A model generated the notes under the pieces. That model ran no database searches. It had not been told where the DNA came from and saw nothing but the letters and a program-made list of their open reading frames with translations. From assembly GCA_016704325.1 (NCBI GenBank), contig JADJAG010000008.1, positions 54,057 through 118,056 of the forward strand: DNA of 64,000 bases, given 5' to 3'. A program made the position numbers and the translations under genes. This document shows, one piece after another, positions 29,924 through 39,053 of the stretch (its first letter is position 1; each line of letters starts with the position of its first letter). The DNA comes from Chitinophagaceae bacterium (GTDB lineage Bacteria > Bacteroidota > Bacteroidia > Chitinophagales > UBA10324).

Positions 29924-31408
29924 TTATGAATCCGGTATGAAGCGTTGTGCAGCATTTACTTCCTTCAACCTGTAAACTCTAAAAGATCCTTTTTCCAAAA
30001 TCAATTTATCAAGAAGCCGAAAAATGCTGCTGTCATTTTCAATTTGCCTGGAATCCGAATACAGATACCTTGCACCATCCCTTATCATTTCATTCATTCT
30101 TTTCGCACTTATGTTATTGTCTTGAAAAGCCCACCCTTTTTTGTCAATGTAATAAAAGTAAATATAATGTGAAACATCATTTCCTACGATACATAAAGCA
30201 TCTTTTGGGGCAGCATTTCTAAGTTCCTCGCTGTACACTAGTAAGTCCTTATTAAAACCCGGTGTTTCAGCGTTCCACCTATCCTCCATCCTGAGATAGG
30301 CAGTCAAAGGAAGAATCAGCAAACATAAAATAACCAGGTATTTCAGGTATCTGATTTTCAGTGCAAGCAGATTCCATGCTCCATATGCGACCAGTATAAA
30401 CAGCATTGGATAAAACGGGAAAAGATAATAATCATGAATCTTTGCAATCATGTGAATCTCAAAAATAAAATAAGCAAGTATCGCCATGCTCCATGCAACA
30501 ATGACTCCAAAAAGCGGATTCTTCCACACCCGGTTACGATAAATAAAGTAAAACCCACTTAAAAAGAAAAGCACCGAGCCATAATTTAACATGAGCTCCG
30601 GCAATGCTGATACTAAATTGTGCCAGAGGTAGTCCAGAAACTGAAATGGCGAGGCATTGCTATCAAAAATTCCTCTAACAATTCCATTACCTGTCCATTG
30701 CGGAATAACAGAAAAATACCATGCAACTGGCAATAATATAAAAACGGATGCACAAAGTACGTTCCACGCATCATTACTGTTGATTCCATTTCTAATACTA
30801 TTTAAAATGAAAAAAGACAGCGGTACGCTGAAATATAATATGAAAGGAAGTTTGCATAATGCTCCGGCACTTAATAAGAATCCACTTATCATTAGCAAAT
30901 ATGTCTTGCCTCTCTCATGCCAAAAAAAGAATAAAGCAACTCCCCAAATGGAGAAGCATAAAGCTAAATTGTCAGGCAAGGGGTTAATTGTATAATAATA
31001 GAAGCAGGGTGAAAAATTAAATGCCCAGGCACCGATCAACGCTAAGGTTTCATTACGGAATAAAAACTCAAGTAATCTATACATGCCCAGGACCGAAAAT
31101 AATCCAATAATAAACATAAACAACCTGCTTAATATCAGGTGATTTCCAAAGAGGGTATATACGCCCGCTACCAACCACTGCATTAAAGGAAACTCCATTC
31201 TGAATAAACCATCACCGTTTCCTCTTTCATTTCTATGCGGATTCAAAATATTCATATCCTCTTCATAAAAATTAAGAATGGTTGATTGAGTCTGCGTTTG
31301 TCTCCAAACATGAACACCCATTAAGTCTTTGCTGAAATGATTAAAATGCATTATAGTACTAATTAATGCTATTGAAACCAGGACAATATTTCTATAAGAT
31401 CTGCTCAC
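29924..31408 (-). CDS. GT-C fold glycosyltransferase (family 39 / ArnT-PMT-like)
   Basis: About 12 TM helices with an N-terminal loop VWRQTQTQ..NF....MEFPLMQWLVA resembling ArnT-like enzymes. The GTG start overlaps the upstream stop (GTGA). Confidence 0.65.
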   Translation of the reverse strand: MSRSYRNIVLVSIALISTIMHFNHFSKDLMGVHVWRQTQTQSTILNFYEEDMNILNPHRNERGNGDGLFRMEFPLMQWLVAGVYTLFGNHLILSRLFMFIIGLFSVLGMYRLLEFLFRNETLALIGAWAFNFSPCFYYYTINPLPDNLALCFSIWGVALFFFWHERGKTYLLMISGFLLSAGALCKLPFILYFSVPLSFFILNSIRNGINSNDAWNVLCASVFILLPVAWYFSVIPQWTGNGIVRGIFDSNASPFQFLDYLWHNLVSALPELMLNYGSVLFFLSGFYFIYRNRVWKNPLFGVIVAWSMAILAYFIFEIHMIAKIHDYYLFPFYPMLFILVAYGAWNLLALKIRYLKYLVILCLLILPLTAYLRMEDRWNAETPGFNKDLLVYSEELRNAAPKDALCIVGNDVSHYIYFYYIDKKGWAFQDNNISAKRMNEMIRDGARYLYSDSRQIENDSSIFRLLDKLILEKGSFRVYRLKEVNAAQRFIPDS

Positions 31409-31902
31409 TTTTTGTATAAGGGAAATGGTTTCCCTTCGATTGTTTGAATTGAATCAATTTGATCCACCCAGATGCAACAATATAGTGAAGAGTCATTGCC
31501 TCCAAAATAAAGAATGTTGTGAAGTGTATCGCCTAAGTCCACATCAAAATCATAAATCAGCGTATCGTTGAAAGGTTCGAATATATTTTGGATGTAAACT
31601 TTCTTGTTGACCGTATCTTGGCGATAAAAGAATTGGTCATTACTTGGAAAAGTATCGCCCGACATTGCTCTAGTGTAGAATCGTACTCTTTGATAAACAA
31701 AATTTCCAATCAGTGTATTCCCATCAAGATAATATTCGTTAATATAAGAGAGATTGGGAAGATTTATTGGATCATCAACTCCATATTCCCTCCATACAGC
31801 ATTAGAGAATGGCATGGGATGATAATTCTGGCTATGGCAGTCGTTAAAAAAAACTATCAAGCACAAAAAGGAAAGTGTGATGTTCAAGATAAAACTCTTC
31901 AT
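31405..31902 (-). CDS. hypothetical secreted protein
   Basis: Signal peptide MKSFILNITLSFLCLIVFF from the ATG at 31902. No family recognised. The stop overlaps the start of the GT-C gene. Confidence 0.5.
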   Translation of the reverse strand: MKSFILNITLSFLCLIVFFNDCHSQNYHPMPFSNAVWREYGVDDPINLPNLSYINEYYLDGNTLIGNFVYQRVRFYTRAMSGDTFPSNDQFFYRQDTVNKKVYIQNIFEPFNDTLIYDFDVDLGDTLHNILYFGGNDSSLYCCIWVDQIDSIQTIEGKPFPLYKK

Positions 31903-31949
31903 TGCAAAAAAATTTAGAAGAAAAGCTACCATCTTTAAAATTTATTTTC

Positions 31950-32275
31950 ATTTCATTGCTTTGAATTTAAGAATGTTTTTCGATTTCCAAAAAATATTCT
32001 TTTTTACTCGCCGAGTAGTTTGGATGAAAAGTTGTCTTGTCCTGAGAAAGTCAGGACGGGGGATTTGGTGCGTGGCAAGTTCCAGTGTTTTCAAAAAACA
32101 GGCGAGGTTTTGTACAGCGGTTTTTGAAATCTCTTGAACTTATGCACGAGTCTTCGAAGTTTTGTATCATGTCCCTAAGTTTCGTAATACTCGCCAAAAG
32201 GAATTGCAGATAACTCAAATCTAAACTCCCAATGTAAATCACATTCGCTTCGATGAATTTACTTCCTTCAAACAT
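31950..32275 (-). pseudogene. possible decayed N-terminal fragment of an IS1182/IS5-type (DUF772) transposase
   Basis: The 74-aa ORF has KFIEANVIYIGSLDLSYLQF and ISSRDFKNRC...LFFENTG, resembling the DUF772 pattern (RFIDAFVD.LDL..L ... SSR.LE..C......W.L.G). A frameshifted continuation reads RPDFLRT..LF (compare PD..T...FR). The GRP..P segment is missing. Confidence 0.3.
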
Positions 32276-32371
32276 TTATTACACCCCAATGATACTTCAA
32301 GGAAGACACCACGCAGTAAAACAAAATAAAACAACCGTAAGCTCCTATTGATAAATCATCTCCGGCTATTC

Positions 32372-33181
32372 TTATTGCTTTACAACTTCCTCTGCTTTTT
32401 GCTTATACTGCGAACCTTTCACTTCATTGTTCATTAAGTAATACACTTCGCTGATCCTGGTATAATATACGGACAGGTCTTTATGTCCCTGCCCGAGTTG
32501 AATAATTTTGCTATGCAATGCTTTCTCATAGTAGCTTAATGATCTCTTATACTCCGCCTTGCCTTTATAAGCGTTTCCAAGGTTGGTATACGATTGCACC
32601 ACTTCCACGCCGTTCTTTCCAAATAATTTCTTCCTGATTTTCATAGCCTTGAAATGTGCGGTAATGGCATTGTCGTAATCTTTCATACGGAAATAGACAT
32701 TACCGATGTTGCCATAACTGGTTGCCACGTCAGCATTATTTTTTCCTAATTTGAAAAGACGAATAGAGAGTGCTTTGTTGTGATAATACAATGATTGATC
32801 AAACTGATCTTCAGCGCTATAAACTACGCCTAAACTAATGTAGGTCCGGGCAAGGGTCAAACTATTGCTGTCTAATGAAACGATGCCTTTTGCCAATGCC
32901 CTGTTTAGCCATGTTTTCGCTTCATCATAGTTGCCCTTCCGCGTTAAAAGAACACCTATCTGATTAAAGGCATCAATCTCCTCTTCTATGTTTCCAATCT
33001 TTTCATTTTCAATAGCAGCCTTTTCATAATAATAGATGGCACTGTCCGGATTCGATTTGCTCTTATACTCTTCAGCAAGTTTTAAAAAACTATCCGCAGG
33101 CATCCTGTCCTGCCCATTTGCGAAATTTCCTGCAAGCACAGCAGAAAAAAGAATAATGAAAATGATTTCCATTTTTGCCAT
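32372..33181 (-). CDS. tetratricopeptide repeat protein (secreted)
   Basis: Signal peptide followed by about six TPR units (..A..Y...A......G.......Y.N.GNVY....Y..A). Confidence 0.8.
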   Translation of the reverse strand: MAKMEIIFIILFSAVLAGNFANGQDRMPADSFLKLAEEYKSKSNPDSAIYYYEKAAIENEKIGNIEEEIDAFNQIGVLLTRKGNYDEAKTWLNRALAKGIVSLDSNSLTLARTYISLGVVYSAEDQFDQSLYYHNKALSIRLFKLGKNNADVATSYGNIGNVYFRMKDYDNAITAHFKAMKIRKKLFGKNGVEVVQSYTNLGNAYKGKAEYKRSLSYYEKALHSKIIQLGQGHKDLSVYYTRISEVYYLMNNEVKGSQYKQKAEEVVKQ

Positions 33182-33539
33182 TGACAGTATTGATTTGAGT
33201 TACTTTCTGTTAAGCGTTGATTCATGCAGCAGGAAATTGCTTTACTTATAAAGCGAATTTCAAAGTCACCATATTCTACAACATCCTGCAAAATAAAATT
33301 AGGTAAATTTTACACTATCGCTCCTATAAAATCGACGAAGTCTGCCCCTGGCTCGTTTAATCCAGAATCCAGGCACTGAAGTACAGATTTAGGGGATATC
33401 AAACAATCCTGAGCACGGACTGTAGCATTGCAAGTAGCGGGCCTGCAAATATGGAACCATTCCCTGTTACCGGGCCCTGACAATTCCGCATCTTCTTCCC
33501 ATCACTAATAAACCCTTGTCAATCGCTGTTTCCATTTTT

Positions 33540-34643
33540 TTAATCTATAAAATACATGTTCAAATTTCCCTTCCCCTTTACATATATCTGACCCCTGTGA
33601 ATGCAATTATATTTTCCCTTTACTAAATCATAAGTGCTCTCCGATATATTGATCCTTCCCACCTCTCCATTGGATTCCATCCTGCTGGCCGTATTTACCG
33701 TATCTCCAAAAAGATCATAGGCATATTTTTTCTTTCCTACTACGCCGGCCACGACAGGACCGGAATGAATTCCTGCCCGCATTTCCTATTGTATCTTATT
33801 CTTTCCATTTCGTTCATCTAAATACTTGAACATTTGCCTGGCCGCTTCTATACATTGAATCGCATGATGCTTATTTTTTACCGGCACACCGCATGCAGCA
33901 AAATAGGCATCGCCGATCGTTTCTATCTTTTCAACCTGGAAGGCTTCCATAATATCATCAAAGTGACTATATATTTCATTCAGTTCTTCCACCAGTTTAA
34001 TCGGGGAAACGGACGGAGCCATCCTGGTGAAATCCTTAAAATCGGTGAATAGAATCGTCACATTATCATATTTTTTTGTGGTAGCTTTTCCATTGATTTT
34101 TAATTCATCGGCCACCTGCTTAGGTAAAATGTTCAGTAGTAACTCTTCCGATTTCTTCTTCTCAGTCAATATGATCTGTTCTGCCTTTTTCTTTTCCGTT
34201 ATATCCCTGATAATGCCGCTGTAATATCTTTTGCCATCATTATCCCAGCTTCCGAGTGTCAGTTCAATAGGAAATACTTCCCCACCTTTTTTTATCGCCT
34301 GCAGTTCAAGCACTTTTCCAAGCACACGAGGTCTCTTTCTCTGATTCATTCTTTCAATACCTTCATTATGCCTTTGATGCAATTCAACAGGAATGATCAA
34401 TGTCAATGGCTGACCAATGACCTCCTCAGCAGTATAACCAAATATATATTCGGCTCCCTTATTCCAGAATAAAATAAGCTTACTCTCATCAGAAGTGATG
34501 ATGGCATCATTCTTAGAACTGCTTATTACCTGGAATCTTTTGATTTGCTCCTGGATAAGGCTCTCTATTTCATGCTTCTCCGCAAGATTGAAATCTATGT
34601 GTCCGTAATTGTTAGCGCTTTTCTTTGAATTCTTTTTGGCCAT
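33540..34643 (-). pseudogene. PAS-domain class III adenylate/guanylate cyclase interrupted by an in-frame TAG
   Basis: ORFs 33786..34643 and 33540..33782 are in the same frame: ..[50 protein letters not shown]. The stop falls just before the conserved RIGIHSG strand of the cyclase domain. Confidence 0.7.
33786..33788 (-). other. in-frame TAG stop codon inside the cyclase catalytic domain
   Basis: + strand cta at 33786-33788 is minus-strand TAG, followed in frame by GAA ATG CGG GCA GGA ATT CAT. Confidence 0.9.
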
Positions 34644-34833
34644 GTATTGATTAATTTGTGGTTACACTCATGGAGGTATTATCCGGGGAATTGTGGTTTA
34701 CAAATGGGGATTTGAGTTCATGGGCGATTGAAACAATCAACTGCATGCCGCAATAAAACTAATTAAATAATGTACTTATTATGCGCCTAATTCGGGACTT
34801 TAAGCATACACGATATGGCCCGCAGCAATATTA

Positions 34834-36075
34834 TCAATCAACTGTTGCAGGGGAAACACGCTTTAGAAGAATCAGTCCGTCAAAGGTTTTAGATAAAACC
34901 ATTTTGTTGCTGTTTTCTAAGTCTATAAAGGTGTCATTAATGATTATCTCCTGAACAAGCCAGTCACTGCCCTTTGAGAATTTCTCCGGGATGTCAAGAA
35001 AATTTACTTCGCCATCCAGTTGACTAATAATATGTTTAATATCCAGTCCAGCCGAATCCGGTGGTACCATCTTTACCACTCCTCCGGAATTATCATTAAA
35101 GCTTCCGGAACCGGCAAAAATTCCAATAGAATACATGTCATTGCCGTATCCGGGCGCCAGCAATTCACCCATAACCTTTTCATGCTCATTATACTTTCCT
35201 ATATGATAATTATGTCCGATTATTATTACCGGACCCTCCTTAAATTCCCTTTCAATGAGCCATTCCACATTCTTTGCCATTGCGGAATCCCGTGCGGCCC
35301 ATCTCCTGTTCCAGTCTTTGTCTTTGAGAAACTGCAGCATATAAGACAAGTAGGTGATTCTATTCTCCAGGGTACTGTTTATTAGCAATAAATCGCGTGG
35401 AGCGTCTTCCGTAATAAAAGGTGATAGGGCGGTCTTCACCTTTTGATAATCAAGGATCAGCGTTTCCGTTATGCTTCTCAGAGAGTCATATATTGCTTTT
35501 CTATTTGTCAATTCTCTTGCAACCAACCGATATCTCGTCTCAAGATCATAACTGCTCATCGTATCCAGCTTGCATCTTTGTACCACATTCATTAAAACAG
35601 GATTGAACGTCAAGCCGGTTCTTTGAACATCAAATCCGGCAATTGAAATACTATGCGATTTAACATAGCTCATTAATTCGACGAATTCCTTTGTGCGCCA
35701 GCCTCCAAATAAGCCATCTGTCATTTGAAAAGGGGTCAGGTCATCCCTATTCATGTCTGCCGCTATTAATTCACCAATTCCGGATTCAAATAATATCGTT
35801 TTAGTTCCTGTCTTTTGATGCAGATACGCTATTAAAGAATTACGCAACTCAAATATCTCTTTTGAGCCATGATTAGATTCTCCTATCAGTATTAAATTCT
35901 TGTCTTTCACATGGGGTAACAGAAAGCTCCAATCAGGCTGCTCTTGCAAACTATCCAGGTATATCGCTCCTGAGCTACTTTTTAGAAAATTTACTTGCTC
36001 ATCTGTTAATGATTGACAATATACTTCACTAAAAGCAAAGAGTCCGATGAGTATGCCGATTGCACAGTGCTTCAT
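34834..36075 (-). CDS. erythromycin esterase family protein
   Basis: Signal peptide and LILIGESNHGSKEIFELRNSLIAYLHQKTGTKTILFESG, which matches the GE.(T/N)HG..E motif region of the Erythro_esteras family. Confidence 0.75.
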   Translation of the reverse strand: MKHCAIGILIGLFAFSEVYCQSLTDEQVNFLKSSSGAIYLDSLQEQPDWSFLLPHVKDKNLILIGESNHGSKEIFELRNSLIAYLHQKTGTKTILFESGIGELIAADMNRDDLTPFQMTDGLFGGWRTKEFVELMSYVKSHSISIAGFDVQRTGLTFNPVLMNVVQRCKLDTMSSYDLETRYRLVARELTNRKAIYDSLRSITETLILDYQKVKTALSPFITEDAPRDLLLINSTLENRITYLSYMLQFLKDKDWNRRWAARDSAMAKNVEWLIEREFKEGPVIIIGHNYHIGKYNEHEKVMGELLAPGYGNDMYSIGIFAGSGSFNDNSGGVVKMVPPDSAGLDIKHIISQLDGEVNFLDIPEKFSKGSDWLVQEIIINDTFIDLENSNKMVLSKTFDGLILLKRVSPATVD

Positions 36076-36092
36076 AGTTGTTTGATTCTCCA

Positions 36093-36168
36093 GTTAAATG
36101 GCTAAATGGCTAAATGGTTAAATTGTTAAATTGCTAAATTGTTAAATTGTTGTGGCGAAGCCGATCAC
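36093..36168 (+). repeat. octamer array (KGYTAAAT x7) ending in the conserved TGTGGCGAAGCCGAT block
   Basis: gttaaatg gctaaatg gctaaatg gttaaatt gttaaatt gctaaatt gttaaatt, then gttgtggcgaagccgatcac. It starts 18 nt upstream of the esterase-family ATG. Confidence 0.95.
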
Positions 36169-36189
36169 TTGCTATTTTGTAATCACCAT

Positions 36190-36245
36190 TCTACTTTGCT
36201 CACTTACTCACCTAAATTAAGATCCAAGACTTAAGACTTAAGACA
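36190..36245 (+). repeat. heptamer array (ACTCAC-type grading into YAAGACT x3)
   Basis: ...ctcactt actcacc taaatta agatcca agactta agactta agac, period 7. Confidence 0.75.
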
Positions 36246-36253
36246 AATAATAA

Positions 36254-36304
36254 AAATGTCAATAGAAAATAGAAAACTTAGTTAAAAAAATCAACCTGTT
36301 TCAG
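36254..36304 (+). repeat. conserved unique block 'core 1' (AAATGTCAWTAGAAAATWGAAAA ... CAACCTRTTT)
   Basis: About 80 percent identical by eye to 39892-39942. The first 23 nt differ at 2 positions. Confidence 0.85.
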
Positions 36305-36371
36305 TCAACGACTTTATTTCCGGCCCTATTTACTTTTTAAGTCCGTAAAGGTCTTTCCTCCATAACTTTTC

Positions 36372-36914
36372 TCAGCAGCCGTCTTTACGAGGGGCACGTT
36401 TATAAATTATTTTACTATCCCGTTCTACATAGTCGCCCGAAACAATTGGATATGAATACTTCGGCGCGTACGATAGAAAATGGCTTCTTATAATTATTCT
36501 GTCGTTAACTTTCAGGCTATGCAATTGCTGAAATTCATTAGACTTTTCCGGACCGAAACTAAGAATATAACCCTCACCATTAATACTGACCATCACGCCG
36601 AAACCTAATCGTGAGCCTGGCGGAAGAGAAAGAGAGGTTACAACAGCGTCCATGTTGGCAGAATCACTTACATGGTTTCTTATTTTAGCCGAAGCGGCAA
36701 GCACTTTTTGACCTTCGGGAGACGCTTCCCATTTTTTGAACTTTATACCCTCCGGAGTAGCCTCCCATTTTTTCATTTCGGCTTTCATTTCTGCAGCAGA
36801 GAGTGGCTTTGGGGTTGCTTCTTTAGAAGCTTCATTCTTGATTTCGCGATTAGCAAGTACTAATCCGCTTACCACAACCAGGGATAAGATCAGCGCATAA
36901 ATAACTTTTTTCAT
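36372..36914 (-). CDS. hypothetical secreted protein
   Basis: Signal/TM N-terminus and an internal duplicated KKWEATPEGIKF / KKWEASPEGQKV. No family recognised. Confidence 0.5.
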   Translation of the reverse strand: MKKVIYALILSLVVVSGLVLANREIKNEASKEATPKPLSAAEMKAEMKKWEATPEGIKFKKWEASPEGQKVLAASAKIRNHVSDSANMDAVVTSLSLPPGSRLGFGVMVSINGEGYILSFGPEKSNEFQQLHSLKVNDRIIIRSHFLSYAPKYSYPIVSGDYVERDSKIIYKRAPRKDGC

Positions 36915-37113
36915 ACTTTTTCAAGTTTAAGTATCAATTCCAACAAAGCTACAAGTCTTTGTGCCCGGCTTTAGTAAAGGAAATGTTAAAAAATGAAAAG
37001 GAAATGTAAAAGTTGCTTGGATAGCTATGCGTGTTTCATTCATTTATGCCAGCTGCGCGCGATTAATCCTTATATGCTAGCAGCAGTGTTTCTGTCTTTC
37101 GTCAATGCGTCTG

Positions 37114-37551
37114 TTATTTTACTCTGCAAGAACATTCGTGATGCTCGCTAATGTATTTGATTGATTCAATACATAGTTCTTTTAGGACGTCTGTATTGAT
37201 GTCAGAAAACTTTTTTACATAAATACAAGCTTTACTCATTTTGAATTTACCAAGGTCAGTTATTAGTGTCCTGCTTTTTTCGGTGTCGGAATACACGTAA
37301 AGTGTTAGTGCGGCTTTTCTTGGTGAAAAGCCCAGAACTGGTGCATCTCCTTCATGTCCGCTTGCATATTTGTAATGATAATTACCAAAACCTATTATGC
37401 TCGGTCCCCACATTTTAGGTTCAGATTCAGACCATTCTTGCATTAGCTCAATTAGCCGGAAACTGTCCGCTTTTTTCTGCTCGTTGTCAACGTATGAGTT
37501 TACAAAATCTATAACGTCCTGTCCAGTATAAGTTGTCTTTGTTTTTGCCAT
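37114..37551 (-). CDS. DUF1801 (YdhG-like) domain protein
   Basis: 145 aa. VIDFVNSY..., MWGPSIIGFG.YHYKY.SG, GFSPRKAALTLY pattern typical of DUF1801. Confidence 0.7.
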   Translation of the reverse strand: MAKTKTTYTGQDVIDFVNSYVDNEQKKADSFRLIELMQEWSESEPKMWGPSIIGFGNYHYKYASGHEGDAPVLGFSPRKAALTLYVYSDTEKSRTLITDLGKFKMSKACIYVKKFSDINTDVLKELCIESIKYISEHHECSCRVK

Positions 37552-37786
37552 TCGATCATAATTTTATGATGCTGATTTCATACTTTATTTGCAAATGTTG
37601 CCAGGCGTGTTTGGTGATTGTGTGGTCGTCCAACTACGTTTTGCGGGTTTAAGAATTTGGCGGTTTCTGAGCGTAAAACTGTCTGCCAACACTGAACTTA
37701 ATACGAAGCACGAAGCTTCATTTAATAACTGAACCGTCAATTTCTTGTAGGTGCTGTTATAGGCTGTGTTTCTTTCGTCCGCTTGG

Positions 37787-38863
37787 TTAATATTGTCCAC
37801 TATAAAACTTATTAGAGTTGTCAACCTTAAGTCCATTGTCATTAAACCATTTTACAAAACTGTCCCATTTATCTTTGTTTTCCGATTGCCATTTATTAAA
37901 ACCATCTTCGTCACCCTTCATTAAAATCCAATGATTATATGCTTCACTCTGTCCTGATTTGAATATTTTGTCCTGATAGTCAATAAGGATATTTGGATGC
38001 GTTTTGTTATGCCCCATTTTAAAATAGTTTTCTACAAAAGATGTTCTTATTTTATCAAGTGAATTGATGTCGATTGCTTTAATACTAATTATTGACATAA
38101 TAAATGCTTGACCAAATACCATACAAAATGGAAACTTGATTTTGTCTTTACCAATTATATCGTCAGCATTAATTACAGCATTGCAAAAATCAATTTTAGC
38201 AGAGTCGCCATTAATTGTGATTTCACTTTTGTAAGTGTCAAAAAGAAGCTTGCTAATTTCCGAAGTCCTTTTACTGTTGCGTTCTAAGTTCATAAATATT
38301 TCTCCGTAAATCAACCCCCAAACTTCTTCTGTCGAACTACAATAAATTCTTGTCGCTCGGTAGTAATTGGAAGGAAATTTTGGGTCTACTTCAATTCCTT
38401 TTTCATAAAAGGGTAGTGCTTTTTCATATTCCTTTTTGTTCCAATGGACATTTCCTTTTTCTAAATATATTATTCCTGAATTAGGAAATTTTTTTAGACC
38501 AGCGTCATATGCTTCAAAAGCTTTGTCGCTTTTGCCCAGTACGTCATAGCTATTTCCTAAAAGTTGAAAAAGTCTTTCTGTTACATCTTTATGGTCTATA
38601 TTTTTTTCTAAAATTTTAATGGCAGTCTTATAGTCTTCTTTAGAATAGTATGCATAGGCCATTTCATAAGGGTAGTCAAACCTGTCTGGGTCGAGTTTTT
38701 GTGCTTCTTCAAGTAACTTTATACTCTCGTCAAGTTTCCCGTTGTCCATAAGTTTGATAGCTTCTTGACCTTTTGCAAGTGCCTTTTCCTTGTTGTTCTG
38801 TCCATACGCAATTTGTCCTGTTGCAAATAGAAGAAGAAGTCCGATTGTTCTGATTGTTGTCAT
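37787..38863 (-). CDS. TPR-repeat protein with uncharacterised C-terminal domain
   Basis: Signal peptide and about five TPR units in aa 25-190, followed by about 170 aa with no recognisable family. Confidence 0.7.
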   Translation of the reverse strand: MTTIRTIGLLLLFATGQIAYGQNNKEKALAKGQEAIKLMDNGKLDESIKLLEEAQKLDPDRFDYPYEMAYAYYSKEDYKTAIKILEKNIDHKDVTERLFQLLGNSYDVLGKSDKAFEAYDAGLKKFPNSGIIYLEKGNVHWNKKEYEKALPFYEKGIEVDPKFPSNYYRATRIYCSSTEEVWGLIYGEIFMNLERNSKRTSEISKLLFDTYKSEITINGDSAKIDFCNAVINADDIIGKDKIKFPFCMVFGQAFIMSIISIKAIDINSLDKIRTSFVENYFKMGHNKTHPNILIDYQDKIFKSGQSEAYNHWILMKGDEDGFNKWQSENKDKWDSFVKWFNDNGLKVDNSNKFYSGQY

Positions 38864-39053
38864 TGTTTGTGTCGTCTTAACATAGCCTATAATGGTTGGC
38901 TTTACGCTACTATTTCGTTTATTTCTCTATTACACTTTCCTCTTAATCCATTGAAAAAGAACAGTATCCCTTTCTAACTGAAAAAATTGCGCATTGCGTA
39001 AATATCCTAAACCTGACTTCAAATTTTGTAACTATTCAGCATAAAAGAAAAAC

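Noticed and set aside
36093-36148. Word arrays as coding repeats or as degenerate CRISPR-like or telomere-like arrays.
   Set aside because: Periods of 7 and 8 nt break any reading frame, and stops occur in all frames. There are no spacers, so these are non-coding tandem repeats.
37585-37842. 85-aa minus-strand ORF in the spacer between the TPR protein and the DUF1801 gene.
   Set aside because: It overlaps the 3' end of the TPR gene by 56 nt, has no recognisable family and has an odd composition. The 235-bp spacer remains unexplained, but I cannot support a gene.
37552-38960. AGCCTATAA(C/T) sequences on either side of the TPR gene (37757 minus-sense, 38885 plus-sense), considered as termini of an inverted-repeat element.
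   Set aside because: Only about 9 nt are shared and the flanking sequence does not align. The match is most likely chance.
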